Source: Paludibacteraceae bacterium (GTDB lineage Bacteria > Bacteroidota > Bacteroidia > Bacteroidales > Paludibacteraceae). From it: a DNA stretch of 64,000 nucleotides. The stretch lies in assembly GCA_016938015.1 (NCBI GenBank), contig JAFGVL010000072.1, positions 1,904 to 65,903 of the forward strand, in the 5' to 3' direction. Of this stretch, positions 28,239 through 37,668 are shown piece by piece. The first letter of the stretch is position 1; each line of letters begins with the position of its first letter. The position numbers and the translations under genes were made by a program. The notes beneath the pieces are model-generated. The model searched no databases. It had not been told where the DNA came from and saw nothing but the letters and a program-made list of their open reading frames with translations.

Positions 28239-29114
28239 CTATCGTTGGATTATTAATTTTTGACTCTTTTTCCATTGATTTGATATAATTTCAACGAAAT
28301 AAATCCCATTTTCTAAATTGCTAACATCCATCTGATATTTATCTTGGAGAAATGAATATGATGTGATTAATTTGCCTGTAACAGAATAAATATTTAATGT
28401 CAGATCGATTTTGTTTGTTGTATTAATATCTACCGTAACATTGTTAGAAGCCGGATTTGGATATAAGCTATATGTTGCATTATCTGATTTCATTTCAGAT
28501 ACTGAAGTTATCAAGTTATCAAAATTAATATTATCAACATACATTACTGAATTTCCCCATGGGCCTGTCGGCATCTGACCATAAACGCTATAGTAGGCAC
28601 TAAATCCTATTTCTGCACTATCTGCGGTGATATAAGATGAAATAGGAATATTAAATGGTGTCCAATCAGATACGGTGCTGGTACTTGTTAGTGAACCACT
28701 AGCAACGATTGTTCCTGCTAAAAATAAATTTATAGAAATTATCATAGTATCGTTATTTTCGGGCAAGAATTTATAATATCCGCATAAACTGTTTGGGTGA
28801 CCAACTATTGCGAATCCCGGACCAAAGTCGCCAAGATATTGACCTGTTTTAATAAAACCATGGGCACAGTTTAACTGTTGTGCTTGAACAAAGTTGGTTT
28901 CCATTTTTACAGAGAAGCTCCCAACATCAGTTGGATAATGATCTGTTGATTTAGATACAGGATAAGTAGGACCTCCTGCCATATTACAGTTTAACCAACT
29001 GGTAGGATACTCAACTGTTCCAGTCCAATCTTCGAATCCGCTATTTGGAATTTGAGCGTATGCATTGATTGAAATTACAATTAATAATACTAAAATCACA
29101 GGAGGTTTTTTCAT
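28239..29114 (-). CDS. T9SS-secreted protein (type A C-terminal sorting domain) with an uncharacterised jelly-roll-like N-domain
   Basis: Signal peptide, then IPNSGFEDW... The C-terminal ~80 aa are YSLYPNPASNNVTVDI...GIYFVEIISNQWKKSQKLIIQR, a Por secretion tail. Confidence 0.8.
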   Translation of the reverse strand: MKKPPVILVLLIVISINAYAQIPNSGFEDWTGTVEYPTSWLNCNMAGGPTYPVSKSTDHYPTDVGSFSVKMETNFVQAQQLNCAHGFIKTGQYLGDFGPGFAIVGHPNSLCGYYKFLPENNDTMIISINLFLAGTIVASGSLTSTSTVSDWTPFNIPISSYITADSAEIGFSAYYSVYGQMPTGPWGNSVMYVDNINFDNLITSVSEMKSDNATYSLYPNPASNNVTVDINTTNKIDLTLNIYSVTGKLITSYSFLQDKYQMDVSNLENGIYFVEIISNQWKKSQKLIIQR

Positions 29115-29299
29115 TATAAATTTGTCAGTGTTTATCGTGCTGACACCGCACTTTTAATAGCTTAATGAAAATTTCTTGCTAATAAAGGTATATAGTGTGT
29201 AAATAATCCTTCTATAAATTAAAATGGTAATTTGGGTGTAATATAATCAGTTTTTTTATTCTTCAAATATAAAGGTTTTTTTTTAATTCCTTAAATATC

Positions 29300-29336
29300 A
29301 AAAACAAAAGAGCCTCTTTTTTGAGAAGAGGCTCTT
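29300..29336 (-). terminator. Rho-independent terminator after pfp
   Basis: 11-bp stem AAGAGCCTCTT / AAGAGGCTCTT (29308-29318 / 29326-29336). A T-run follows on the minus strand (complement of 29300-29307). Confidence 0.8.
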
Positions 29337-29356
29337 AATATAATTTTATTGATTTT

Positions 29357-31018
29357 TTATTTTTTTGCTTCCGATTCTAACCGTAAGGTGTGGTTTCGTT
29401 GGTCGCACACTTCTGTTGGGCCAAAATATTGAATTGGTCCCGGATACACATAATTAGGATTGGCTGAAGCCCATTCTTTACGTTTGCTTTCGAGAAATTT
29501 AAATGGAGCCCCGTCTAGTTTAACCAGCGCTTTTTGAATTACGGGTACCATTTTACCGTGGCGGCGTTCCATATTCATCATCGATGTAATAGGCACACCA
29601 CCCGAAATCCATTGTTCGGTTGGTAAGTATGGGTTGCGTACAATCGACATATAGCCTGTTTTTCCTGCATTAATTAATAATGAGGCATTGTAACCCAAAG
29701 AGTAGCAGTAGTCAGCATCAAAGTTAGAAGGAGAGGCGCAACGACCTTCGTATCCGAAGAAATGTCCTAACGAACCAAATTTACCTGTGTATTTTCCTTC
29801 TTTTTTCAATCCATCTAAACGGGTTTTTACCATATCCATCAACATCTTTTCTGTTTCAATCAAGGATACTTGTACGTTACCGTGTGAATCGCGGTCTAGG
29901 GTTAATTGTTTGGCAATAAATAGTGGTAACGATTTAAAAATAGTGGCATTAACAGGCGAAAGTTTAGCCATTACATAAGCATGTTGCTCTTCGTCCATTT
30001 TTAATGTTTTAAACTCTACTTCGTTGTGTGCCAACATATCGTTTAGTTCAGCAATCAAGCCTTTTACTTCCGGAATAAATTCTAATAAGCCTTCCGGAAT
30101 CAATACAGTGCCAAAGTTTAAACCTGCATTTCCACGAGTTACGATAGATTCAGCAATGGTATTTACAACATCGGCAATGGTTTGTTTCTTTTCAGCTACT
30201 TCTTCCGAAACAATACATACATTGGCTTGTGTTTGAAGAGCGCACTCTAACGCAATGTGCGAAGCCGAACGACCCATTAAACGGATAAAGTGCCAGTATT
30301 TTTTAGCCGAATTGGCATCACGTTGAATATTTCCGATTAATTCTGAATATACTTTACATGCAGTATCAAAACCAAACGAAACTTCTATCATATCATTTTT
30401 TAAGTCGCCGTCGATGGTTTTAGGGCAACCAATAACTTGAATGCCGGTGTTTTTGGCTGCGTAATATTCTGCCAATATACAAGCGTTGGTGTTGGAGTCG
30501 TCGCCACCAATAATTACAACAGCCGAAAGGCCTAATTTTTTTGCAATAATCAGTCCTTTTTCAAATTGTTCTACTTCTTCTAATTTAGTACGACCGGAAC
30601 CTATAATATCAAAACCTCCGGTATTACGAAATTCGTCGATAATTTCGGCAGTTAATTCTTGGTAGTTGTGATCTACCAATCCCGAAGGACCGCCTAAAAA
30701 TCCGTATAATTTTGAATCGGGATGGATGCTTTTTAAGCCATCAAATAAGCCCGACATTACGTTATGTCCACCCGGTGCTTGTCCGCCCGAAAGAATTACA
30801 CCTACATTAATAGGTCTGTTTGTTGTTGCTTCGCCTTTTACAAATTCTAATACCGGCATTCCGTAGGTGTTAGGAAATAAAGCTTTTATTTCTTCTTGGT
30901 TGGCAACAGATTGTGTTGCAGCACCTTCTTTAAGGGCTACAGCTCCTTGTAAAGCTAGGGGTAATTTTGGTTTATAAGCGGCACGCGCTATGTCTAACGG
31001 ACTTTTTACTCTGGTCAT
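29357..31018 (-). CDS. pfp: Diphosphate--fructose-6-phosphate 1-phosphotransferase (PPi-dependent PFK)
   Basis: 553 aa with the PFK fold. The motif is GGDDS (IIGGDDSNTNA) rather than the GGDGS of ATP-dependent PFKs, and MGR is also present. Confidence 0.9.
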   Translation of the reverse strand: MTRVKSPLDIARAAYKPKLPLALQGAVALKEGAATQSVANQEEIKALFPNTYGMPVLEFVKGEATTNRPINVGVILSGGQAPGGHNVMSGLFDGLKSIHPDSKLYGFLGGPSGLVDHNYQELTAEIIDEFRNTGGFDIIGSGRTKLEEVEQFEKGLIIAKKLGLSAVVIIGGDDSNTNACILAEYYAAKNTGIQVIGCPKTIDGDLKNDMIEVSFGFDTACKVYSELIGNIQRDANSAKKYWHFIRLMGRSASHIALECALQTQANVCIVSEEVAEKKQTIADVVNTIAESIVTRGNAGLNFGTVLIPEGLLEFIPEVKGLIAELNDMLAHNEVEFKTLKMDEEQHAYVMAKLSPVNATIFKSLPLFIAKQLTLDRDSHGNVQVSLIETEKMLMDMVKTRLDGLKKEGKYTGKFGSLGHFFGYEGRCASPSNFDADYCYSLGYNASLLINAGKTGYMSIVRNPYLPTEQWISGGVPITSMMNMERRHGKMVPVIQKALVKLDGAPFKFLESKRKEWASANPNYVYPGPIQYFGPTEVCDQRNHTLRLESEAKK

Positions 31019-31127
31019 GTTAAATGTTTTAATGTGTTATAATTAGTTGATTTAATTGCTCCGATTTCAAGCTGTTTTTTCAGCATTGCAAAAGTAGTTT
31101 TTTTTGGAGAAAATACAAGAATTTTAA

Positions 31128-31188
31128 CGCAAAGGGCGCAAAGAATTTTCGCAATGGACGCAATGGAATTGTAAAGGGTGCAAGAATT
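31128..31188 (+). repeat. Cluster of tandem CGCAAWGG 9-mers (top strand)
   Basis: CGCAAAGG (31128), CGCAAAGA (31137), CGCAATGG (31150) and CGCAATGG (31159). A degenerate copy TGTAAAGGGTGCAAGAATT (31170-31188) follows, differing from 31128-31147 by three C-to-T changes and a 1-nt deletion. Confidence 0.85.
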
Positions 31189-31296
31189 ATATCATCACAA
31201 TTTGTGATAACATAGCTATATACATTTTCTTATTTGAATATTGATAAATGGGATAGTCGTTATTGTAGTGGGAAGAAACTTTAATGAAAGATTAAC

Positions 31297-31333
31297 TATT
31301 TGCGTCCTTTGCGATTCCATTGCGACCATTGCT
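31297..31333 (-). repeat. Inverted cluster of the same CGCAAWGG 9-mers (bottom strand)
   Basis: On the minus strand: AGCAATGG (31333-31326), CGCAATGG (31324-31317), CGCAAAGG (31313-31306) and CGCAAATA (31304-31297). The cluster lies 9-45 nt downstream of the rarA stop. Confidence 0.85.
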
Positions 31334-31341
31334 GTTATCAT

Positions 31342-32607
31342 TTAAAACCGATTCTTCCATAATTTACGTAACCATTCAGACAACTTCTCTTCGGCGGCAT
31401 TGGTTTGTGCTTTCCAAATGCTTTTGTTTTTGAGTTCGTCGGGGAGGTATTGTTGTTCTACAAAGTGGTTCGGAAAATCGTGGGCGTATTTGTAATCTTT
31501 TCCGTAACCCAGCTCTTTCATCAATTTAGTGGGAGAGTTACGTAAATGTAAGGGAATAGCTAAATTGCCGCTGTCTTCTACAATTCTTAATGCATCGTCG
31601 ATGGCTAAATAGACCGAGTTGCTTTTGGGGCTTGCAGCCAAATAAATGGTAGCTTCGGAGAGAATGATACGTCCTTCAGGCCAACCAATTTTTTGTAAAG
31701 CATCAAAGCAGGCATTGGCAATTAGTAAGGCATTGGGATTGGCTAAACCAATATCTTCTGCCGCCGAAATTACTAACCTACGGGCAATAAATTTGGGGTC
31801 TTCGCCACCTGCAACCAAGCGAGCCAGCCAATATATAGCCCCGTCGGGGTCGCTACCGCGGATAGATTTAATAAAGGCAGAAATAATATCGTAATGCAAT
31901 TCTCCATTTTTATCGTAAGCAGAGGGGTTTTGTTGCAGACGTTCGGTTACAATTTCGTTGTTAATGACCACTTTATCTTGTTCGGCATTAGCAAGTAGTT
32001 CTATAATATTTAGTAGTTTGCGGGCATCTCCGCCTGAAAAGCGCAACAATGATTCTGTTTCTTCAATACTAAATGCGCGATTTTTTAATTCAATATCCGT
32101 TTTGATTGCATGATGGAGTAATTGAAGCAAGTCTTCTTTTTCGAGCGACTTAAGTACGTATACTTGGCAACGAGAAAGGAGAGGAGTTATCACTTCAAAC
32201 GAAGGATTTTCGGTAGTAGCTCCAATTAAAGTAACTGTTCCGTTTTCTACTGCTCCTAACAGAGAGTCTTGTTGCGATTTGCTGAATCGATGAATTTCAT
32301 CAATAAACAAAATAGGGTTTGCAGTACCGAAAAAACGGGTATTTTTTGCTTTTTCAATTACTTCACGCACATCTTTTACTCCTGATGTTACCGCACTTAA
32401 GGTATAGAATGGACGGTCGAGTTGGTTGGCAATAATTTTAGCAAGGGTTGTTTTACCTACCCCCGGAGGTCCCCATAAAATAAAAGAAGAAATGGAGCCC
32501 GAGTCAATCATCCTACGTAAAATGGCTTTTTCACCCACTAAGTGTTGCTGGCCGATATAATCGGCTAGGGTTTTGGGGCGAAGGCGTTCGGCTAGAGGTT
32601 GAGACAT
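31342..32607 (-). CDS. rarA: Replication-associated recombination protein A (AAA+ ATPase RarA/MgsA)
   Basis: LAERLRPKTLADYIGQQHL, Walker A GPPGVGKTT, Walker B LFIDEIHRF, and the C-terminal MgsA domain (DIISAFIKSIRGSDPDGAIYWLARL). Confidence 0.92.
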   Translation of the reverse strand: MSQPLAERLRPKTLADYIGQQHLVGEKAILRRMIDSGSISSFILWGPPGVGKTTLAKIIANQLDRPFYTLSAVTSGVKDVREVIEKAKNTRFFGTANPILFIDEIHRFSKSQQDSLLGAVENGTVTLIGATTENPSFEVITPLLSRCQVYVLKSLEKEDLLQLLHHAIKTDIELKNRAFSIEETESLLRFSGGDARKLLNIIELLANAEQDKVVINNEIVTERLQQNPSAYDKNGELHYDIISAFIKSIRGSDPDGAIYWLARLVAGGEDPKFIARRLVISAAEDIGLANPNALLIANACFDALQKIGWPEGRIILSEATIYLAASPKSNSVYLAIDDALRIVEDSGNLAIPLHLRNSPTKLMKELGYGKDYKYAHDFPNHFVEQQYLPDELKNKSIWKAQTNAAEEKLSEWLRKLWKNRF

Positions 32608-32695
32608 GTACTAATTAGTTATTTTCTATCTGCCATTTAAAGAAAATGAAAGGTGGCTGAGCAGAGTCGAAGCCACAACAAAAGTACATTATTTT

Positions 32696-32731
32696 TTCAA
32701 AAAAAGCCTCCTTAAAAAATCAAGGAGGCTT
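32696..32731 (-). terminator. Rho-independent terminator after tpx
   Basis: 10-bp stem AAGCCTCCTT / AAGGAGGCTT (32704-32713 / 32722-32731). T7 follows on the minus strand. Confidence 0.8.
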
Positions 32732-32772
32732 TTCAACCTAAACTAAAACAATTATTTAAAAAACAATTGAAT

Positions 32773-33270
32773 CTAAACGCTTGCTAATGCAGCTTCATAA
32801 TTTGGCTCTTGTGTAATATCGTTTACCAGTTCGTTGTATTTTACTACGCCGTTTTCGTCGATAACCACCACCGAACGAGCCATTAAGCCTTCCAACGGAC
32901 CATCGGTCATTAAAACGCCATAACTTGTTGAAAAATTGTTGTTTTTAAACTCGGAGGCCATCACTACATTATCTATTCCTTCGGCACCGCAAAAACGTGC
33001 TTGTGCAAAAGGTAAATCTTTTGAAACACACAGCACTACGGTGTTATTCAAACCTGCGGCTTCTTTATTAAATCGTCTTACGGAAGCAGCACATACACCC
33101 GTATCTATACTTGGAAAAATATTTAATACTACCTTTTTGCCTTTTAAATCGGCTAGGGTTATGTTACTCAAATCTTTTTTAACGAGATTGAAATTAGGAG
33201 CAGAAGCACCTATATTAGGTAAATTACCAATTGTATTTACAGGGTTTCCTTTAAAATGAGTTGTTGCCAT
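32773..33270 (-). CDS. tpx: Thiol peroxidase (atypical 2-Cys peroxiredoxin Tpx)
   Basis: 165 aa with [17 protein letters not shown] (peroxidatic Cys) and [13 protein letters not shown] (resolving Cys). Confidence 0.9.
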   Translation of the reverse strand: MATTHFKGNPVNTIGNLPNIGASAPNFNLVKKDLSNITLADLKGKKVVLNIFPSIDTGVCAASVRRFNKEAAGLNNTVVLCVSKDLPFAQARFCGAEGIDNVVMASEFKNNNFSTSYGVLMTDGPLEGLMARSVVVIDENGVVKYNELVNDITQEPNYEAALASV

Positions 33271-33710
33271 AGTAGGTTGTTTTTAATTAATTTTTTACAA
33301 ATATAATAAATAATCAGGTAATAAAATACTTGAAATGATATATTTTTAATCTATTGTAAAGAAAAAAACAAAAATCATTGAGCTGTATTCTAATTGCAAT
33401 AAATCTTTAATAGGTATAATTTACATTTGTTTAAAAAATATATACGGGTAGCGTATTTAGAAGATTACATTTAAATGTATCGATTTTTTGATAACGATAG
33501 TCTGTAGGATTTGTATTTTAATAGGATAATATCAGCATATATTTAGCTCCTAAGAGGGAATTGAATGTATTGTATTATTTTTCTATTGATCTTTTTATTA
33601 CGGTAAAAATACAAGATTTATAAGTGTTATTTTTTATTTAAGAAATCACTATTTATCTTATTTAAAAGCACTTAGATTTATGTATATAACAATAAATAAT
33701 AATAAAATAA

Positions 33711-34790
33711 ATGAAGGTACATGTAGTTTCTGAAACTCCTTTTATAATAAAAGGTAATGGTGTGCATACAGCATTTGTAGACCATGTAGATTTACTAAAA
33801 AAGCAAGATGATGTACAGATTGTTGTTAATAACGAAGGTAGAGGTGATGTTTTTCATGGGCATACAAATGGCCTATATTATTTTTATAAAGGGATTAGAT
33901 ATAAACAACGTAGGGTGTATACTGCTCATGTTATACCCGATACAATGAAGGGTTCATTTCCGGTTGCCATGTGGAAAACAATGATGCCGGCTATAAAATG
34001 GTATATGAAGCAATGTTATGCTTATGCCGACATTTGTATTGCTATTTCTCCTCGTGTTGAGGAAGCAATAATTGAAAGTGGCGCAAAAACAAAAATAGTT
34101 CGTATTTATAATCCTATCCCTCTTAATAAGTGGAAAAGAACTATAGAAAATAGGACTATTGGTAGAAAAATGTTAGGATTAAAGGATGACGATTTTGTTG
34201 TATTGGGTGTTGGGCAGTTGCAGGCAAGAAAAGGAGTGGAAGATTTTATTGATGTGGCAGAAGCTATTCCTGAAGCTAAGTTTGTTTGGGCAGGAGGAAG
34301 ACCATTTAAGGCTCTTACAGAAGGGATTGTTCGAATAAATTCTCGTATTGATAATGCTCCTCAAAATATACAGTTCACAGGGATGTTAGATCTTAATCAA
34401 ATGCCTTATATTTATGCCGCTGCAGATATAATGCTATTTCCTTCCTATCAAGAAAACTGTCCTTTGGCTCCTATTGAAGGTGCCGCTTCTGGTATGCCGG
34501 TTGTTTTTAGAGACATTACAGAATACCACTCATTGTATGAAAGCTCTTATTTAAAGGCTTCTACAACTGAAGGATTCATTAAAATAACAAGGAATTTGAT
34601 GATAGATAAAAGTTTTTATAATGAAGCGTGTTCAATGTCGGAACAATTAATAAAACAATTTGATGAAGTTGAAATCAGAAAAAAATTGATTGCCGTTTAT
34701 CAAAAAATAGCAGTTTATAGTAATTCGGAAAACCGTAGGTCGGACATAGAGCGTTTTTTAAAGGACGTTATTTATAGAAAATATAAATAG
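33711..34790 (+). CDS. GT-B glycosyltransferase, family 4 (diacylglycerol glycosyltransferase-like)
   Basis: 359 aa. The N-terminus MKVHVVSETPF...GNGVHTAF resembles membrane-lipid GT4 enzymes. The C-terminal half has the GT1/GT4 E-x7-E region (PSYQENCPLAPIEGAASGMPVV). Confidence 0.7.
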   Translation: MKVHVVSETPFIIKGNGVHTAFVDHVDLLKKQDDVQIVVNNEGRGDVFHGHTNGLYYFYKGIRYKQRRVYTAHVIPDTMKGSFPVAMWKTMMPAIKWYMKQCYAYADICIAISPRVEEAIIESGAKTKIVRIYNPIPLNKWKRTIENRTIGRKMLGLKDDDFVVLGVGQLQARKGVEDFIDVAEAIPEAKFVWAGGRPFKALTEGIVRINSRIDNAPQNIQFTGMLDLNQMPYIYAAADIMLFPSYQENCPLAPIEGAASGMPVVFRDITEYHSLYESSYLKASTTEGFIKITRNLMIDKSFYNEACSMSEQLIKQFDEVEIRKKLIAVYQKIAVYSNSENRRSDIERFLKDVIYRKYK

Positions 34791-35041
34791 ATAATCCGTA
34801 CAGTAGAGAGTATTTTTCTTTAGTTTGTAGGGCTTCTATTTAAAAGAAAATAATATAAATTAGCTATACTTTCAATTAGAATTATTTGTTGTTTACAGCA
34901 AAGAATAATTCTTAAAGCAAGTTGTATTTTGTGTTAATTAGATGAATGGTTGGTTTTTTCAATTTTCATCTTCAATTTTAGGCTTATTACAGTAACTCAT
35001 CAAAGAACAGTAATAATCAAAGGTTTAAAAAGTTCAGTAAA

Positions 35042-36823
35042 TTAATTATCTATATCGTTTTCTTTTTTTAAGGTAAAAAGAAATTCAAGTCCTCCTTCCA
35101 TTCTGTTTCTTGCTATTATTGTTCCTTGGTGAAACAAAATGGCATTTTTAACAATGGCTAAACCAAGTCCGGTACCTCCCATTTTACGTGAGCGTCCTTG
35201 ATCTATTCGATAGAATCGTTCAAATAATCGGGATAAGTGTTCTTCAGAAACACCTACGCCTGTATCATAATATCTAAAGTAGAAGAACGATTCATCTTCG
35301 CGATAGCATTGTATTCCAATGGTTAAGTTTTCACCTGCATAAGTAATGGAATTATCAACCAGATTGCGAAAAACTGAGTACAATAAAGAACGGTTTCCTC
35401 TTAAAAGAATTATTTGTTCAAGATTGGTTTCTATGGCTATGTTTTTCTTAGTTATTTCTAACGAAACATCATTTAGAACGTCACAAATAATTTCGTTTAC
35501 ATATACCATCTCGCGTTCAAAAAGGTTGGTAGCTTCGTCAATTTTATTTAATAGAGAGATATCTTGTAGTAATTGCGTTAGTCGAACTGATTGATAATAA
35601 GAACGATCTATAAAAAAACGCAATTTTTCAGGGTCTAAATCCGGGTTGGCAATAATGGTTTCCATGTACCCTTGAATACTGCTTACAGGAGTTTTAAGTT
35701 CGTGAGAGATATTTTGTGTAAGCTGTCGTTTAAGTTGGTTTTCACGTTCTTGTTGCGTAATGTTGTTGATGGAGATTTCGAAATTATTATCTTGAAATAC
35801 AATACAACGTACCATAAAACTATGACCGTTTTTTTCTACTTTTATGCTCTCGCTATGTAAATTTGAGTCTTTATTTTCATCCAATAAATTAGTTGTAATA
35901 AATTCTTTTATAGGGCTAATTTCAGGGATAGCAAAAACTTCGTTTGAAGAGGTTAATGGGATATCTGAAATAACATCAAAAAATTGCAGAAAGTGAGAAT
36001 TAGACAAAATTTCTTTTTTATCGGCAGAAAAAATGGCTAAACCCTCTTGTGTTATTTGTAAGTGTTTGAATAGTTTTTCGCGTTCTTTGTATAAGTCGTT
36101 TTTTGTGCCACGTAAGCGTTTATAAATTTCTACAATGTAGGCACTAATTTCGCCCAATTCATCGTTAGTAAAATTATGTTCGCGATCCATTTCATTGTCG
36201 TTTTCTGCGTTTTGAGCAAAATCGCGTAACTGTGAAATGGATTTTCCTATTCGATTGGAAATTTGTATTAACGAAACCACTGTTATTAAAAACATAATAA
36301 GCATAAAATAAAAAAACTTGGGGTTCGCTTTCAGCATTTCGTTAAGTGTCATGTTGTAAGGTAATGCTGATCGGATAAAATAATGGGAGTATTTTTTTGC
36401 CACATAAAAAAAATCTTCGCCGGTAGAACTTGAATGGCGTATGGCACTGCCGAAGTCATTTTTAAGCGCTTGTTGAATTTCGGGTCGAGAAAGATGATTT
36501 TCTAATTGTTTATTGTGTGCCACATACGAATCGTAAAATACAGACCCATCATTGTTTAAGATAGTAACTCTTGTTTGAGGGTTAGGGAATAAGGCTACAA
36601 GACTATCTATGTTTGAGTTTGTAAATGTATTTGAACTCAAGTAGTTGTTTAAAAAAGTATTGTAGTTAGAAAGTTGAATTTCGAGGCTTTCTACACGAAA
36701 TTGTTTTTCTCTTTGGTATTGAAAAATACTAACAATAAGAGAAAACAAGAAGAAAATAAAAAAAATATAGAGGAATAATCGTTGGTCAAAACGTATCTTA
36801 TGTGTTATTCGTTTCATGGGCAA
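35042..36823 (-). CDS. Membrane sensor histidine kinase (candidate PhoR)
   Basis: Two TM segments flank a periplasmic domain, followed by a PAS-like region. It has the H-box SHELKTPVSSI, an N-box (FRNLVDNSITY) and a G2 box (GGTGLGLAIVK). It sits next to an OmpR-family regulator whose promoter carries the pst-type box. Confidence 0.85.
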   Translation of the reverse strand: MPMKRITHKIRFDQRLFLYIFFIFFLFSLIVSIFQYQREKQFRVESLEIQLSNYNTFLNNYLSSNTFTNSNIDSLVALFPNPQTRVTILNNDGSVFYDSYVAHNKQLENHLSRPEIQQALKNDFGSAIRHSSSTGEDFFYVAKKYSHYFIRSALPYNMTLNEMLKANPKFFYFMLIMFLITVVSLIQISNRIGKSISQLRDFAQNAENDNEMDREHNFTNDELGEISAYIVEIYKRLRGTKNDLYKEREKLFKHLQITQEGLAIFSADKKEILSNSHFLQFFDVISDIPLTSSNEVFAIPEISPIKEFITTNLLDENKDSNLHSESIKVEKNGHSFMVRCIVFQDNNFEISINNITQQERENQLKRQLTQNISHELKTPVSSIQGYMETIIANPDLDPEKLRFFIDRSYYQSVRLTQLLQDISLLNKIDEATNLFEREMVYVNEIICDVLNDVSLEITKKNIAIETNLEQIILLRGNRSLLYSVFRNLVDNSITYAGENLTIGIQCYREDESFFYFRYYDTGVGVSEEHLSRLFERFYRIDQGRSRKMGGTGLGLAIVKNAILFHQGTIIARNRMEGGLEFLFTLKKENDIDN

Positions 36824-36918
36824 ATGGTTAAACGGATATTAAAATGAAAACAAATACGTTCAAATATAGTTAAACTATTTAGATGAATAACACTTAAGTA
36901 CTTTTTTTAATTGTGATA

Positions 36919-37608
36919 TTACGAATTTGTTTCAAAGCAATAACCGTATCCAAGGCGTGTAACGATGTTTTTGCCATATTTGCCAATTTTTTTTCGAAGG
37001 CGTGTAATGTTTACATCTATGGTTCTGTCTAATACATATACTTCATCACTCCATACTTTCGATAATATTTCTTCACGAGAAAAAACTCGATTGGGGTATT
37101 GAAGAAATAGTTTTAATATTTCGAATTCTTTTTTAGTGAGTTGTAATTCTTGTTGTTCTAATTTTACTTTTTTCTTTGAAATGTTAATTTCTAAGTCTTC
37201 GTATTCTACAAGAGTTTGTTCCTCATCTTGTTGTGTATTGTTTCTTCGCAAAACAACTTTTACACGGGCACAAACTTCACGTATGGAAAAAGGTTTGGAT
37301 ATATAATCGTCGGCTCCTACCGTAAATCCCGTTAATTTGTCGTTTTCAGTATCTTTGGCGGTAAGAAACATAATGGGGATTTTAGCAAGTTTTGGGTTTT
37401 TTCGAATCATGCTTGCTAATTTAAACCCGGATATTTCACCCATCATCACATCCAGCATCAATAGGTTGTATTGCGAAATATCTTTGTTTAAAGCTTCTTC
37501 GGCAGAAAATGCTGTATCTACATCGTAACCTTCAGTTTCTAAGTTGAATTGAAGTATCTCACAAAGATCTACTTCATCGTCGACTACTAAAATTTTATAT
37601 TTACTCAT
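36919..37608 (-). CDS. OmpR/PhoB-family response regulator (candidate PhoB)
   Basis: Receiver domain (ILVVDDE...LLMLDVMM...FLTAK) and a winged-helix output (LTKKEFEILKLFLQYPNRVFSREEIL...RTIDVNITRLRKKI). Confidence 0.88.
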   Translation of the reverse strand: MSKYKILVVDDEVDLCEILQFNLETEGYDVDTAFSAEEALNKDISQYNLLMLDVMMGEISGFKLASMIRKNPKLAKIPIMFLTAKDTENDKLTGFTVGADDYISKPFSIREVCARVKVVLRRNNTQQDEEQTLVEYEDLEINISKKKVKLEQQELQLTKKEFEILKLFLQYPNRVFSREEILSKVWSDEVYVLDRTIDVNITRLRKKIGKYGKNIVTRLGYGYCFETNS

Positions 37609-37668
37609 AGTAAAATAGGTGTCAAAAAATTTAATTAAAATTACATTTCAACAAATTTCTGAAAAGCA

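Noticed and set aside
33465-33482. Possible Pho-box upstream of the GT4 gene (TTACATT-taaa-TGTATCG)
   Set aside because: Only two heptads are in phase, no TCTTTG -7-like box follows, and the site is ~230 nt from the ATG. This is within what AT-rich sequence produces by chance.
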